Assembly: GCA_021613535.1 (NCBI GenBank)
Contig: CP075492.1
Span: forward strand, 18,104,001-18,168,000
Origin: Adineta vaga
Lineage: Eukaryota > Animalia > Rotifera
Length of the DNA: 64,000 nucleotides
Direction of reading: 5' to 3'
Under the pieces are notes generated by a model, which saw only the letters and a program-made list of their open reading frames with translations, ran no database searches and had not been told where the DNA came from. Position numbers and translations under genes: made by a program. Each line of letters starts with the position of its first letter. The first letter of the stretch is position 1. This document shows, in pieces, positions 1 to 11,312 of this stretch.

Positions 1-1243
1 AAACTATCAGCAATGAATATAGTTTGATTATCGCGACTCACACAAAGACCTTGAGGACAATGAAGTTTATTCGTTGTAGAATCATGATCATTACCACCGA
101 CAATAGTAAGAGCGGTAGATTTCCATTTCGCATTGTGTGCAATATTGGGTATCACTACAAGACAAATTTATTTGATATGTTAAACAGTTTGACAGAGCTT
201 AACATGAATTTGAAATTCAATTAATGAAGACAGTCATATTGGAGAATACGATTGCTATACGTAGGTAAAATGGTGCGATTTACAAACTGTTTGAACAGAT
301 TTGTCTTTTTTTAAGTATTACTCTAATATGCTCTGGTAGTTAATCGAAAAGATTGAACTTATAATAAAAAACAATCACAACAGGTTCACTTATGGAAAGA
401 TATAACCTAATTTTCTCACCTATCGAATATACAAATAATCAGACTTACTAATACTACTATTTGTATTTATCATCACTTTGTTGAAGTAGACTGGCTCATG
501 TTGCCGTATTCCATTTATAGTTAACGGCTCCTGCGTCTGATTGCTTTGTGTTAACACATCGTTCGTTATGAGTTGGAAAAGATCTCGAATATCGATATTT
601 TCTTTAGCGATATGTTTTAGCAATTTTTTACTAAACAAGTCATCACGAGATGTTTTATTAGCAGCACAAGATAACTGGATCAATGTTCCGTCAATTGGTT
701 GAATTTCATGTAGACCTCTACCTCCATATACACCTAAAGAAAAACAAACATTGTCTTACAAAGTCATTAACGATATTACTTACCACGTGATTCTAATGTG
801 CCGATTCGCCAATATGGTCTACAACAATCCAAAATACATACAGTTATGTGCGATGAAGGTTTCTCTACTAGACGATCGAATATTCTGTCAAAGTTACAGC
901 CGATGTCTTGAACATCTGTATCAGTGTATATTCTATCATCATAAATAGGTATTAAATAATTTTGGTTGTTGACTTGGTTGGCATGACCAGAATAGTAGAA
1001 CAAAACTAAGTCACCATCTTTGATGTTTTCAGCGAATCTTTTCACATTTTCAAATACTTCTTCGGTCGTACGCACATCAATGTATAGTGTAATCTTAAAA
1101 TCGATTCTTTTGAGAATAGTTGACAGCTCTATAGCATTGATGATAGACTGACTTAGTTGATTGTTTGGTCGACGGTAATTTCCATTACCAATAATCAATG
1201 CTAACTTTTGATAATTAGATGAACTCTTTGCAGAACTTTCCAT
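1..1243 (-). CDS. Caspase-like (peptidase C14) protein with downstream NHL-repeat exon; runs off the window start
   Basis: ATG at 1243 (MESSAK). Motifs KLALIIGNGNY, FYYSGHA (His) and ILDCCR (Cys). Phase-1 GT-AG intron 783-734 joins to exon 733-449. A further exon starting at 154 reads IPNIAHNAKWKSTALTIVGGND...LHCPQGLCVSRDNQTIFIADS, an NHL-repeat pattern; its linkage to this gene is inferred. Confidence 0.8.
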
Positions 1244-1387
1244 AGTAAATCTATATCTGTAATAGTATATAAAACAATCTTTCGCAGGTTTTTGAATAAA
1301 AAAAGGAAGAAAACTAATTTGGTTTTGGAAAATGATGTTATGGGAGAATTTGCGAGAGATGTCGAGAACGACGCGAATGATGAATTT

Positions 1388-1493
1388 AATGAAGTTGATC
1401 GTTACCTTCAAACAAAATAAATCATTAAAATAGTGGAATAAACACTCCCTAATATTTGCACGACTTGCTGTGGAGTTCCAGCAAATTCGGCTA
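1388..1493 (+). pseudogene. Short remnant of a hAT transposase C-terminal dimerisation domain
   Basis: Broken translation NEVDRYLQ...LK*WNKHSLIFARLA...GVPANSA resembles the hATC pattern; contains a stop and frameshifts. Confidence 0.45.
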
Positions 1494-2638
1494 GACAGAT
1501 TTTAGAAAAACCAAATGTTGTAGGTTTGTCGATGATAAGTGATATTGTTTTTGTTTATTTATTTACTCTATAATTTGAAACAGAGTGAATGAAATTGTAT
1601 AAAACATTGATATGAATCAGTGATTGATATCATTATCTGATTAGTTAATCTGGGTATTTCGCATATTTCAGTAAGTTACAAATATCTATTTTTCTACATT
1701 AAAAAGGCATACTTCATCGTTTCTAGTGACATTTTGGATTGATAAACGATCAGATGATTTCAAAAAATGATGTCTAAAAATTTTTTTTATCTTCTAAATG
1801 GAACAAAAACATACATTTAATCAGATTGTTTTCATAGATAGCTTAGAATATTTGTTCACAATGGAATGTAATAAAGTTTTTAATAAGCCACAAAGGTGAG
1901 AACATTTCAAGAAACTGTATACATTTGTAGAAAGAAAAAAATATTTCTTACAAAGAGATGATTATAAATTTGTGTTCGATTCAATCTGATTGTTTAGTCG
2001 TGAAAAGGCGCTCATGCCACAAGGCCATACGAGAGAAAGAAAAAACTATTTTCGTTTTGCTTTTTCTTTCGTGATGATCATGGAATTTTTTTCATTGTTT
2101 GTAGAGAAATAATGGATTCTGTTTTGTCAAATTTCTTTACAGTAACAGACAAACACAAGATTCGACTTTTTTTATGCCATTAGTTACTTATCGTACTAGA
2201 TATTTCAATCTATAAATGTCTTTTACTACAGATTTTCTTAGACATTAAAAACTAATTGTTCATAGAGACACAATTCATTTAGAGAGTTACTCAATATTTC
2301 TCTATATTTTCTTCTAAAAATTAGTACATAAACTTTCAAACAATTTTCTTTATGAAACACTGCGAAGATGTAATCATCAGAACAACATGGAATTTCTAAT
2401 GTTTGAAATACAAAATATCCGAAATCTTTCTTCAAATATTTAGTAAGAAAAAAACAAACAAAAAACATAGCAGTGAAGAATGATCTTACATAAGTTTTGA
2501 ATAAGATACTTTTTAATTGCTTGATCTCACAATTCATTCTTTGTTTGGAACTTTCAACCTGAGGGTGTGAATACAAGAGACTCACGTTCCGTTTAAAAAA
2601 GGTTAAGTTTTGTTAAAAATATTCTTCTCATAAGTTAA

Positions 2639-5335
2639 CTACGAAAACCAACATGAAATCGAAAATAGAAACATGAAGAAAAGAAATTTTAGACTATATA
2701 ATATATTGACCAACATCAATTGCATCCGACATTTTGAAATCATTTGCATTTGAATATCAAACTCAGTTACCAATGGATGATCTGAACTTAATGTTTGTTG
2801 ATAAATGTTATGGGATAATGTAAAATACTTTTCTGCATCAACAAACTTTGATCTTTTCATCAAATAGTAGAGACCAATGTTTTTATAACATAACGCGATG
2901 TTTGGATGATCGCTAGGTAAGACATTTGTCCATATGTTCAGGGCTTCTACATAAAAATTGTAGCACACACTATCATCATCATCATCACTATTCTTCCTAT
3001 AGTAAACCTGTCCTATGAGATTTAAACACTTTGCCACATCACTGTGTTGTCTGCTCTTATAAATACATTGATACATCTCCAGTGATTGGTTGAAATAATC
3101 AAGTGATAAATCAAAATTCAATAGATCACAATAAACTTCACCAAAATTTTTCAGTGTGTAAGCTAAGTCTACATGTTCAGTTAAATTAGCTTTTCTAATT
3201 AATTGTAACACAAACTCATAATGTTTTAATGCTTCTGCCAAATTTCCCTGCCGATAAAAACATTTGCCAATATTATTAATTCGCATTCCCATACTCCTAT
3301 AATTATCATCACATTTTAAAACCACTCTTGCCATATTTAAACTTTCGTTAAATAACTTCAAAGCCATTTTATACTCGCCTTTTTTATAATAACACTCACC
3401 CATATTATTGATTCGTACACTATGGGTCAAATGTTCTGTTGGTAAAATTTTCATATGTATTTCACCGCATTTCTCCATGAAATGTAAGGCCTGGTCATAA
3501 TTTCCTTTATGATGATATATCATACACATATTGTTATAGTAATATGAAAGATCATAATGATCTGCGACAGATATTTGTTGCAGAAATGGATACGCTTCTT
3601 CAGAATATTTTAAAGCTAAGTCGTCTTTGCTAAGACGATAGTATGCCAGTCCGATTCTAATTAGAACAAAGGCAACGTCTAACTTGCTATCTAGAAGTAT
3701 GTTCAACATTTCCAATGATTTAAAATAGTAACTGAGAGCAGTTGTATAGCACGCTCGACGATCATAGCTCATTCCCATGAAATATAATATTTTCCCGATT
3801 TTTGTATAGGCTGATGGATCAGTTTCTATGCAGAGATCGTACGCACTCTGTGAGTAGTTCATTGAATCTTCGTATTGACTTATTTCCAGACACGTTCGTC
3901 CTAATCCACGATAAATATCAATCTTAGTTTTTGTGTCATAGTTAAAAGTTAATAAGTCTTGGAAATATTGACGAGCTTTATCATAGTCTCCCTTGTCATG
4001 TATTAAATCACCGAATAAGACAGACACATGAATATTGCTATCATTCATTTCATTCCTTCGAAAATTCAGATAATCTTTAGCTATTTCTAATCCTTTGTTT
4101 GATGCAGTCATCTTACAAATCCAGCAGTTTTTGACTTCATCAAAGTCGACATTTAATATTTCAAATACAGCATCTAAATCGAATAAATATTCTTCTTCTT
4201 CTTGAAATTGACTTATATATGTAATATTAGCTGCAACAGTAGACGCGTGTAACATCGGATCATATTCAATTTCAAAAATAATTGATTGCAAATCGTAATT
4301 AGGCATAGTAGCAGAATTTGTCGTTGTAGCTACCGCTGTTCGAACTCCCGCATAAATTTCGGCTACTAATCGACACGTACTTGTAGAAAGAAAACCATTT
4401 GTAGATATCAGACCACCGATATTCTCTTGGAAGCGTAGAATTTCCTCTTTGGTTAGCTTAGTTCCGCGATAAAGTTTTAATGAATCACAAAGATCAATCA
4501 CATATCGATGATTATCAGCGAGTTGAGTACACAGATCAACTAGGTAGAAACGAAATGTGTAAAGTGATTGAACATCTTCACTTCTTAAAGTCTTATTCAC
4601 AATCTTATATATAAAAGTATCTTTTGTATACCATTCTATAGCATTGTCACCGGAGTATGTCTTTTCAAACGCATCGATATTACGTAGCTGTTGTGTATTA
4701 TCACGATAATATAGACGACATTTATTCAACATTTCCGTTTTAGCGTTGTTATCTCTATTAGGTATCTTCTGTAAAACTTCTTTCAGCAATTGATGCCATA
4801 TAAATGAACCAGTCTCTTTAGATAAATTACGTATTGACTTTTGACTTTGATTATATAAGTTAAATACAGTTGTTTGTTTTTCGACTAATTGTATAGTAGA
4901 CTGAATACTGTTTATTAAACTAACTTGTTCAGTAAAAATACCGACTAACTTTGAATATTCTTCGCCAATCAATGACTGCTCATATTTTAATTTATCTACA
5001 CAGAATATGAAAACACTGTCGAGTTGACGACATTTATATACCTTTGGTACTAGCAGATGTGCATCACTACCTGAGACTACTAGAAGTACGATTTCGGTTG
5101 TAATTGATTTAATATGCTCTTCACATTCTTGATAATCATTAAAAAACAAAACATAATCATTAATTCTGCGTAATTGATTTTTAGTCAATGCTATGTCTTC
5201 AAAATTTGACAGTATGTTTGCATCATACCAGATCAGTGTAATAATTTCTTTGTTACCATGAAATAAATTCTTGTCGTTGCTTCTAGGCTCTAGACGATCA
5301 CTATTGAAACGTTTTAAAACATCGTTGTTGGTCAT
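2639..5335 (-). CDS. ADP-ribosyltransferase (R-S-E type) domain plus TPR-repeat protein, 898 aa
   Basis: Single ORF. ART motifs LYRG, FLSTS and FQEEEEYLF, followed by many TPR-like repeats (e.g. NNMGECYYKKGEYKMALKLFNESL). Confidence 0.85.
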   Translation of the reverse strand: MTNNDVLKRFNSDRLEPRSNDKNLFHGNKEIITLIWYDANILSNFEDIALTKNQLRRINDYVLFFNDYQECEEHIKSITTEIVLLVVSGSDAHLLVPKVYKCRQLDSVFIFCVDKLKYEQSLIGEEYSKLVGIFTEQVSLINSIQSTIQLVEKQTTVFNLYNQSQKSIRNLSKETGSFIWHQLLKEVLQKIPNRDNNAKTEMLNKCRLYYRDNTQQLRNIDAFEKTYSGDNAIEWYTKDTFIYKIVNKTLRSEDVQSLYTFRFYLVDLCTQLADNHRYVIDLCDSLKLYRGTKLTKEEILRFQENIGGLISTNGFLSTSTCRLVAEIYAGVRTAVATTTNSATMPNYDLQSIIFEIEYDPMLHASTVAANITYISQFQEEEEYLFDLDAVFEILNVDFDEVKNCWICKMTASNKGLEIAKDYLNFRRNEMNDSNIHVSVLFGDLIHDKGDYDKARQYFQDLLTFNYDTKTKIDIYRGLGRTCLEISQYEDSMNYSQSAYDLCIETDPSAYTKIGKILYFMGMSYDRRACYTTALSYYFKSLEMLNILLDSKLDVAFVLIRIGLAYYRLSKDDLALKYSEEAYPFLQQISVADHYDLSYYYNNMCMIYHHKGNYDQALHFMEKCGEIHMKILPTEHLTHSVRINNMGECYYKKGEYKMALKLFNESLNMARVVLKCDDNYRSMGMRINNIGKCFYRQGNLAEALKHYEFVLQLIRKANLTEHVDLAYTLKNFGEVYCDLLNFDLSLDYFNQSLEMYQCIYKSRQHSDVAKCLNLIGQVYYRKNSDDDDDSVCYNFYVEALNIWTNVLPSDHPNIALCYKNIGLYYLMKRSKFVDAEKYFTLSHNIYQQTLSSDHPLVTEFDIQMQMISKCRMQLMLVNILYSLKFLFFMFLFSISCWFS

Positions 5336-5527
5336 TATGTGTTAGTCAGAACTGTTTTCTTTCTATTTTTTGTATTTCTCCTTTCTGGTAATAGAATCAA
5401 GCAAAATCGCTTTTTTTTGCTGGCATTCTCCAACTTACAGTAGGAAGAACGAAAGAAACAGTCATTACTCATACTGGTATTTTCTTTATTAAAAAAAAGC
5501 ACCGAAAAAAAGCCTGCGAGTATAAAC

Positions 5528-5582
5528 GAGAGTGTGGGTGTGGATGAAGAGAAGTGTATTAGCCACACCCAACCACACCCTC
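5528..5582. repeat. Short head-to-head telomere-like hairpin (TGTGGG...CCCACA)
   Basis: GAGAGTGTGGGTGTGG...CCACACCCAACCACACCCTC, followed by AAGAT (ATCTT on the minus strand). Confidence 0.7.
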
Positions 5583-5858
5583 AAGATAGTTTGATTATTT
5601 TTACGAAATAAATTTTATAGTTAATAAAAGAAGAGACTATCAATGATAATATATTAAATGAATTTATTAAAATATTTTGATAATTTAAACATAAATATGT
5701 GAAATTCTTTAGTATAAGAGAAGATTATATGATGAATAAATATTTAAAAATCGCAAAAATTTATTCAAATACTTTTATCAGATTTTTAAAAAAAAACTTC
5801 GATTTAATAAAATTATTAACGATTACATATTAAATTAATATTTTGATCAATGGAAAGA

Positions 5859-5919
5859 AGGGTGTGGGTGTGGGTGTTCGATAGATTTAATACTAACACA
5901 CCTACCCTCACCCACACCC
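5859..5919. repeat. Short head-to-head telomere-like hairpin
   Basis: AGGGTGTGGGTGTGGGTGTT...AACACACCTACCCTCACCCACACCC, next to the 3' end of the hAT remnant. Confidence 0.7.
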
Positions 5920-5949
5920 GGATTTCGTTGCTCTTAAACCATTAATAGA

Positions 5950-6775
5950 CATTTCATTTAATGATTATTTTCAGAAAAACCTCTTGCCACATCACTGTTA
6001 CGATGATATGAAGATAATAAGCCTTTCACGAGCTTAGTTAATACAACAAATTGTGGATTACAAATATATGTATTAATATACAATACTTCATACCAATATT
6101 TATCAATAGAAACAATATTCAACGACATTGTCCGAAGAAAATTAACTTTTCTTAAACCATTTTTTTGGAATATTAGCCATTTGATAAATACATAATACTT
6201 GTTCAAGAAGATTCGTCTTTTCTAAATGAAAGTTGAAGACATTGGAGATGTCGTAAAAAACCATTTCTGAGTGGTAATGATTTAATCAATTATTTCTGAA
6301 ATATTGTAATAGTGTCATTTAATTATTTTGAAATCATTACTTACTGTTATAGTACAATATACTTGACGAATATCTTGAAAAAATGTTGTTTTTTCACTAA
6401 CAGATAAATCTTTAAGATATGTTCGAGTTATTTCACCAATATCGATATTTATATATGTTTTTTGGTTATTTTGAAGTTCGAAAGAAAACGTCATCAAATC
6501 ACAAACTTCTTTATCTTTTAAATACTGTTTGATCGAGGAAAACAATGAAATGAAATTTAGCAAGAGTCGAGTTATCAGTTATAAAGTTTTTAATTCGAAC
6601 ATATTTATCATTAAGTTCAATTTTTTTTGTCGGTCATTGGAAAACATGTAAGAAAATATTGTTTAATAATATTCCATTGATTGACGACACGTTCTATTAC
6701 AGGTCCTACTTCAATCCATTGAGTTAAAACAAAACGAGAATAAGTTTCATTAATAGTATTTGCCGCTGACATAAA
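5950..6775 (-). pseudogene. Degenerate hAT-superfamily transposase fragment
   Basis: Fragments in shifting frames: RFVLTQWIEVGPVIERVVNQWNIIKQYF (RW-like motif), IDIGEITRTYLKDL, and NPQFVVLTKLVKGLLSSYHRNSDVARGFSEN (ERxFS-like region). Confidence 0.7.
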
Positions 6776-6780
6776 ATCTT

Positions 6781-6843
6781 GAGGGTGTGGGTGTGAATGA
6801 GAAAATAACTCTTACAAGCAACCTCACCCACATCTACACCCTC
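6781..6843. repeat. Short head-to-head telomere-like hairpin
   Basis: ATCTT|GAGGGTGTGGGTGTG...CACCCACATCTACACCCTC; cuts the 5' side of the hAT remnant. Confidence 0.75.
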
Positions 6844-8244
6844 TATTTTCTTAATACTTCTCTCACATCGTTTGGTCTAGCTTTGACTTTTGTTAACTAT
6901 TATCTTTCATGTATTCTTTTTCTTCCATATTTTGTTTTTTTCTCTCTCCTTCTCATTCTCGATGTGGGGTGCCACCCTCTACGTCGGACGATTAGGTGTA
7001 AGCGAACAGGAACGATATTTTTCTTCGTTTTATCGATCATAGATGAAGTATTTGGTATTGTCGCTTTCTTTCTTCTCTCGGTTATCTCTCTTCATTATTT
7101 TGAGACTAGGTTATATCCAACTTAGAAAAAAAGAATAATATCATCCTTTTTCTTGCAAGTATTTGAAGCAGCGCGAGTGAGAACAACACCACGGATCATG
7201 GGTTAATTCCTCTATCTTCTCGGATAAGTTCTTGAGCTTTCTTTTAAATAAAGATGACTTTTATTATTCTTGGCAAAAGAAAAACACCTTTGTCTACCAT
7301 CGATAAGACTGCAACACGAATATCCTTCCTTACTTTCGGTAACGTGTATTTTGGAAATACAGATTAATTAGAATCTTGGTGTTTAGTAAGTTACACGTGT
7401 AATTGAATCAAGCAGAAAATATGGGCGGAATTAGATGCTCCAAATGTGGTGCTCGATAGTCAGCAGCATGGCTGCGGTAACACGTTTACTTTCTGATGGC
7501 GTGAAGTGGGCTGTAAAAACTGTTCGAGAGTTCGGGCATGCAGTGGCTGCGAGTGGATCAAGTAAGACTAGTTCGTTTAATTGCACGACGTACAGGAAAA
7601 TAATTATAATAATTCTCGCTTAGACAGTGGAGTCCTCGCTAAACAATACAACGCCCAAGAATATAAGTGCGTCAATGGGTATTCTGGTCGTTGGGTGAAT
7701 GATGATTAGAGGTTGTCAGAACGGACCAAAGTTAGAACTTCATAATACCGCTTCTAAAACTATCAATCAATCTTTCTTCGTCGTTTCTTTCATATAAACA
7801 TGATTCTATCATCTTCTCTGTCATTATATCGTGTCTTCCTCAGCTCTTTTTCCTTCATTCAATAATAACATGTGGAAGCACAAATTAATTTTGAGACGCG
7901 GGATTCTTACAGAAGCTTTGACATTGTGTATACTATAGGCTTTTTCTTAGCAGAAGAAAAAAATAACCTCGTACCAAATACGCATGTTCAAATTACGATG
8001 AAGACTTGTCTATTTCTAATTCTTTGAATCTATAGTACTCTAAGGTCACGTTAATATACTTGAATGAAAATCAGAAGCATTTGATTCTCGAGATTCTATT
8101 TTTCGTTTGTCTGTCAAAAAAGACTCGTTTTGAAAGAGTCCTTAAACAAATTCATTGTACTTCGTATTCTTTTGTTCGACGAAGACAAACTGACGCAAAG
8201 GGTGGGTGTGGACGTGGATGAAGAAAGAAAAGACACCCATACCT

Positions 8245-8847
8245 AGCGTAGGAGCACCACAAGGTTCAGTGCTTTCAGGAACCTTGTTTAGACTGCACAT
8301 TCATTTTTTACCTAAATTTCTCTTTCAATTTTGCTCTCATTTATTTGCGGATGACCTTGCTCTGCTTCTCAAAGGTTCATTAGAAAAAAAGTTATTACAA
8401 AATATAATAGAATTATAGGAACAAGCAAAAATAGCAATGAAAATACTTTCATCTTTTTCAAAGAATTATCTATTACCGGTGAATGTAAAAAAAACCGAAA
8501 GCTATGCTGATTTATAGCGCGGTAGCTCCTATAGTCAACCAGAAATATATTTTCAGAATAATCCAATAGAATTTGTATCATATTTCAAATATCTTGGTAT
8601 AGAAATTAGAACTAAACTAGGATGGGGAAAATATATTCAATCAAGAACAATAAAAATTAGAAATATCTATAATGAATTGAGAATAATCGATAAACAAATA
8701 CCTCTGAAATTGATCAATATTCGTAAGAAAATTTTTTATGCCTTTGCACTCCCACATTTTTTATGTTTGTTCGTAACTTGGTTCTATTTTACAGACTATC
8801 AACAAAGAGAAATAGAGCATCTATACGTATCAGAACTTCGCATCATG
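8245..8847 (+). pseudogene. Non-LTR retrotransposon reverse transcriptase fragment
   Basis: VGAPQGSVLS, HLFADDL, LPVNVKKT and FKYLG motifs with frameshifts. Bounded by TG-rich hairpins at about 8199-8244 and 8848-8885. Confidence 0.8.
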
Positions 8848-9281
8848 GATGGGTGTGTTAGTATTACATCTATCTAACACCCACATTGTCAAGATGAATT
8901 TCGTATCTTTCTTCAAAGGGGGTCTTCTATTACGAGGGGGGGGGATTTATTACTTGTGTGTCTTCTAGAACTATGTTTGACTGGGCTAACAAATGAAGAA
9001 TCATTAAGTGTTAATATAATTATTTTTCTTTTCTCTCGGGCTAAAAACCATCATTGATGACATCGAGTTGTTTATTGCGAACTATATATCCAGCGTGAAG
9101 AAAGTCGTAGATAAAAAGAGAAAATATAGCACGTTCGTCATACCTGTATTTTTTTAGTCAATATAGTGAATGTGATATTATTATTTGAGCAAATTTGACA
9201 CAGAGGGAAATATCACAAAGCAGAAAAAGACGTCATTGAACACTGTTCAAGGTGCTGTTATATTTCGTAGTTTTTTGGAAG

Positions 9282-10632
9282 ATGTTGACAACATTAAAAT
9301 ATATTTCAATCGTTCTTTTATTTACAATTGCTAATGGATCATTTCGTTTGTACAATACCAATGTATCGAATAGTCATGACTACGCACATTGCTTATATTC
9401 ATTTAAATTGAACTGTATCTTAAATGAATGGCAATTAGTTCCTTACTGTCTTAGACATAACGTGTCAAGTATTGATGTTAACACTGAACAATGTTATGGA
9501 AATACAAACTACACATTTAAACAGTTGAAATTTCGAAATATCGACAGTCATGATCTGTACAAATGGAGTGCACCCATCGACATAATCAATCATTATCAAA
9601 AATACTTAGATAATAATGATTATTTTTTAGGAGGTTATCACTATTGTAACTGTTCAGGTAAGAGAATATTGCGCATTTCTTCTTCTACTCATATTGAAAT
9701 GAATGTTTCTAGCTGACTGGTTTGGTGATCGATGCCAATATTCGTTTGTGGATTCCGATGGGATAGAGACGTTTAATGAAATAGTCAGATCCCAAAACTT
9801 GGCAAAATCAAACTTGGTATACGCGTACAAGATTGTCCATGATCCATCTATGCTGACATGCTATGAAGGACTCCGATGTCATTCAACAATTTGTCTCGAT
9901 TGGCGACAGATTTGTGACGGTAGTTTTAATTGCGAGCAAGGCGAAGATGAGCCTGAAGAATGTTTTCTACTTGAAACGAATGAATGTGAGAAGGACGAAC
10001 ATCGCTGTCGATATGGTATGTGTATTCCAAAAACGTTTCTTACCGATTTCAGCTTTGATTGTTCCGATCTAAGTGATGAAACTGAAACTTATACAAATGG
10101 CTTGAATAATGACTGGACTTGCTTCCGTAATTCAGAACTTACATGCGACTTTCTTTTATGTAATACCGGATTTTTTTCATGTGGTGATGGACAATGTGTG
10201 GATCAGTCTTCTTATGACTGGGCATTATCGTGTAACAACGGTCGTGACATATTTCTTCGTCGAAGTCTTCTACTTTCTGCTCCGTCGAACGATATCAACA
10301 GTTCGAAGAATATTAGCTTTGAGTGTTGGTATTTAATGCTATGCATCTCTGGTATTAAGAACGTACAACTCTTTGAATACGATTATGCGAGATGTATATG
10401 TACGGAGGAGTCTAGATCCGAGAGGCAATGTGTAGAGTCTTTCAAAAATTATTGTCCAGTATCGTTTGTATATCAAACTAAATATAATTTTCTCTATCCG
10501 TTCGTTCGATTTCTCTATCACGACACGCCGAATATTTCTTCTGAATGGTGGTTGCCAACTCATTTTTGTTACAATAAAAGTCATTGTTCTACTATTCCTT
10601 TTGTTAGTTTGTCGTTGATCGACGGTTTAGTA
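9282..10632 (+). CDS. 5' half of an LDLa/EGF-repeat 7TM receptor gene interrupted by the 16-kb element
   Basis: Signal peptide from ATG 9282. Phase-1 intron 9658-9712. LDLa repeats such as CLDWRQICDGSFNCEQGEDE. The frame reads ...SLIDGLV up to the left TSD. Confidence 0.85.
10625..10632. repeat. Left 8-bp target-site duplication GTTTAGTA
   Basis: Identical to 26743-26750. The bases on either side differ between the two copies, so the length is exactly 8. Confidence 0.95.
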
Positions 10633-10812
10633 CAGAGATGCGCAAATACAAATACAACTTGTATTCTACCTTTTCTATATATATATTATTTTCAAGTATA
10701 TATTCTTTTCAAACCATATATATTTACCTCAAAAGATGCTTCCTTATAACTGCGTCCTCACAGGTTTACCCATTTTTCGTTCAGTATACTACAACTATTA
10801 TTCATGTACTGG

Positions 10813-11043
10813 CCCTACCTTATGCTGTGAAGCTAGAATCGGTTGTCATGTATTGTCATGTATCGACCCTACTTTCCCCTTTTCAGCTAGAATCGGTTGT
10901 CTTGTATTGTCATGTATTGACCCTACTTTCCCCTTTTCAGCTAGAATCGGTTACCTTGTATTCTCATGTATTGTCATGTATTGACCCTACTTTCCCCTTT
11001 TCAGCTAGAATCGGTTGTCATGTATTGTCATGTATTGTCATGC
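10813..11043 (+). repeat. Left subterminal repeat array
   Basis: Three full copies and one degenerate copy of ACCCTACTTTCCCCTTTTCAGCTAGAATCGGTT, separated by 10-bp (CATGTATTGT)-type subunits. Confidence 0.9.
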
Positions 11044-11312
11044 ACTCACTTTATACAGACCTAATATCTAGTATCGGCTAATTTGCTGTGATATGTCTCT
11101 TTATCAACCAAGCAGCAATGACAAAAATTCATGAGGTGCACTTTTTAGTTCTTGTTAAGTATCTAGTTCTACCTTTTCTCATTATTCCAATTTTCCCTCA
11201 CAGGATGAATAGCGAAATTGAGGATCAGTATTTTCAGTCGAATGCTTCAGTAAGTTTTTTAAAATACCTACAAATCGTTCTATTGAAAATCATTGATTAC
11301 TCACTTGTTTTT

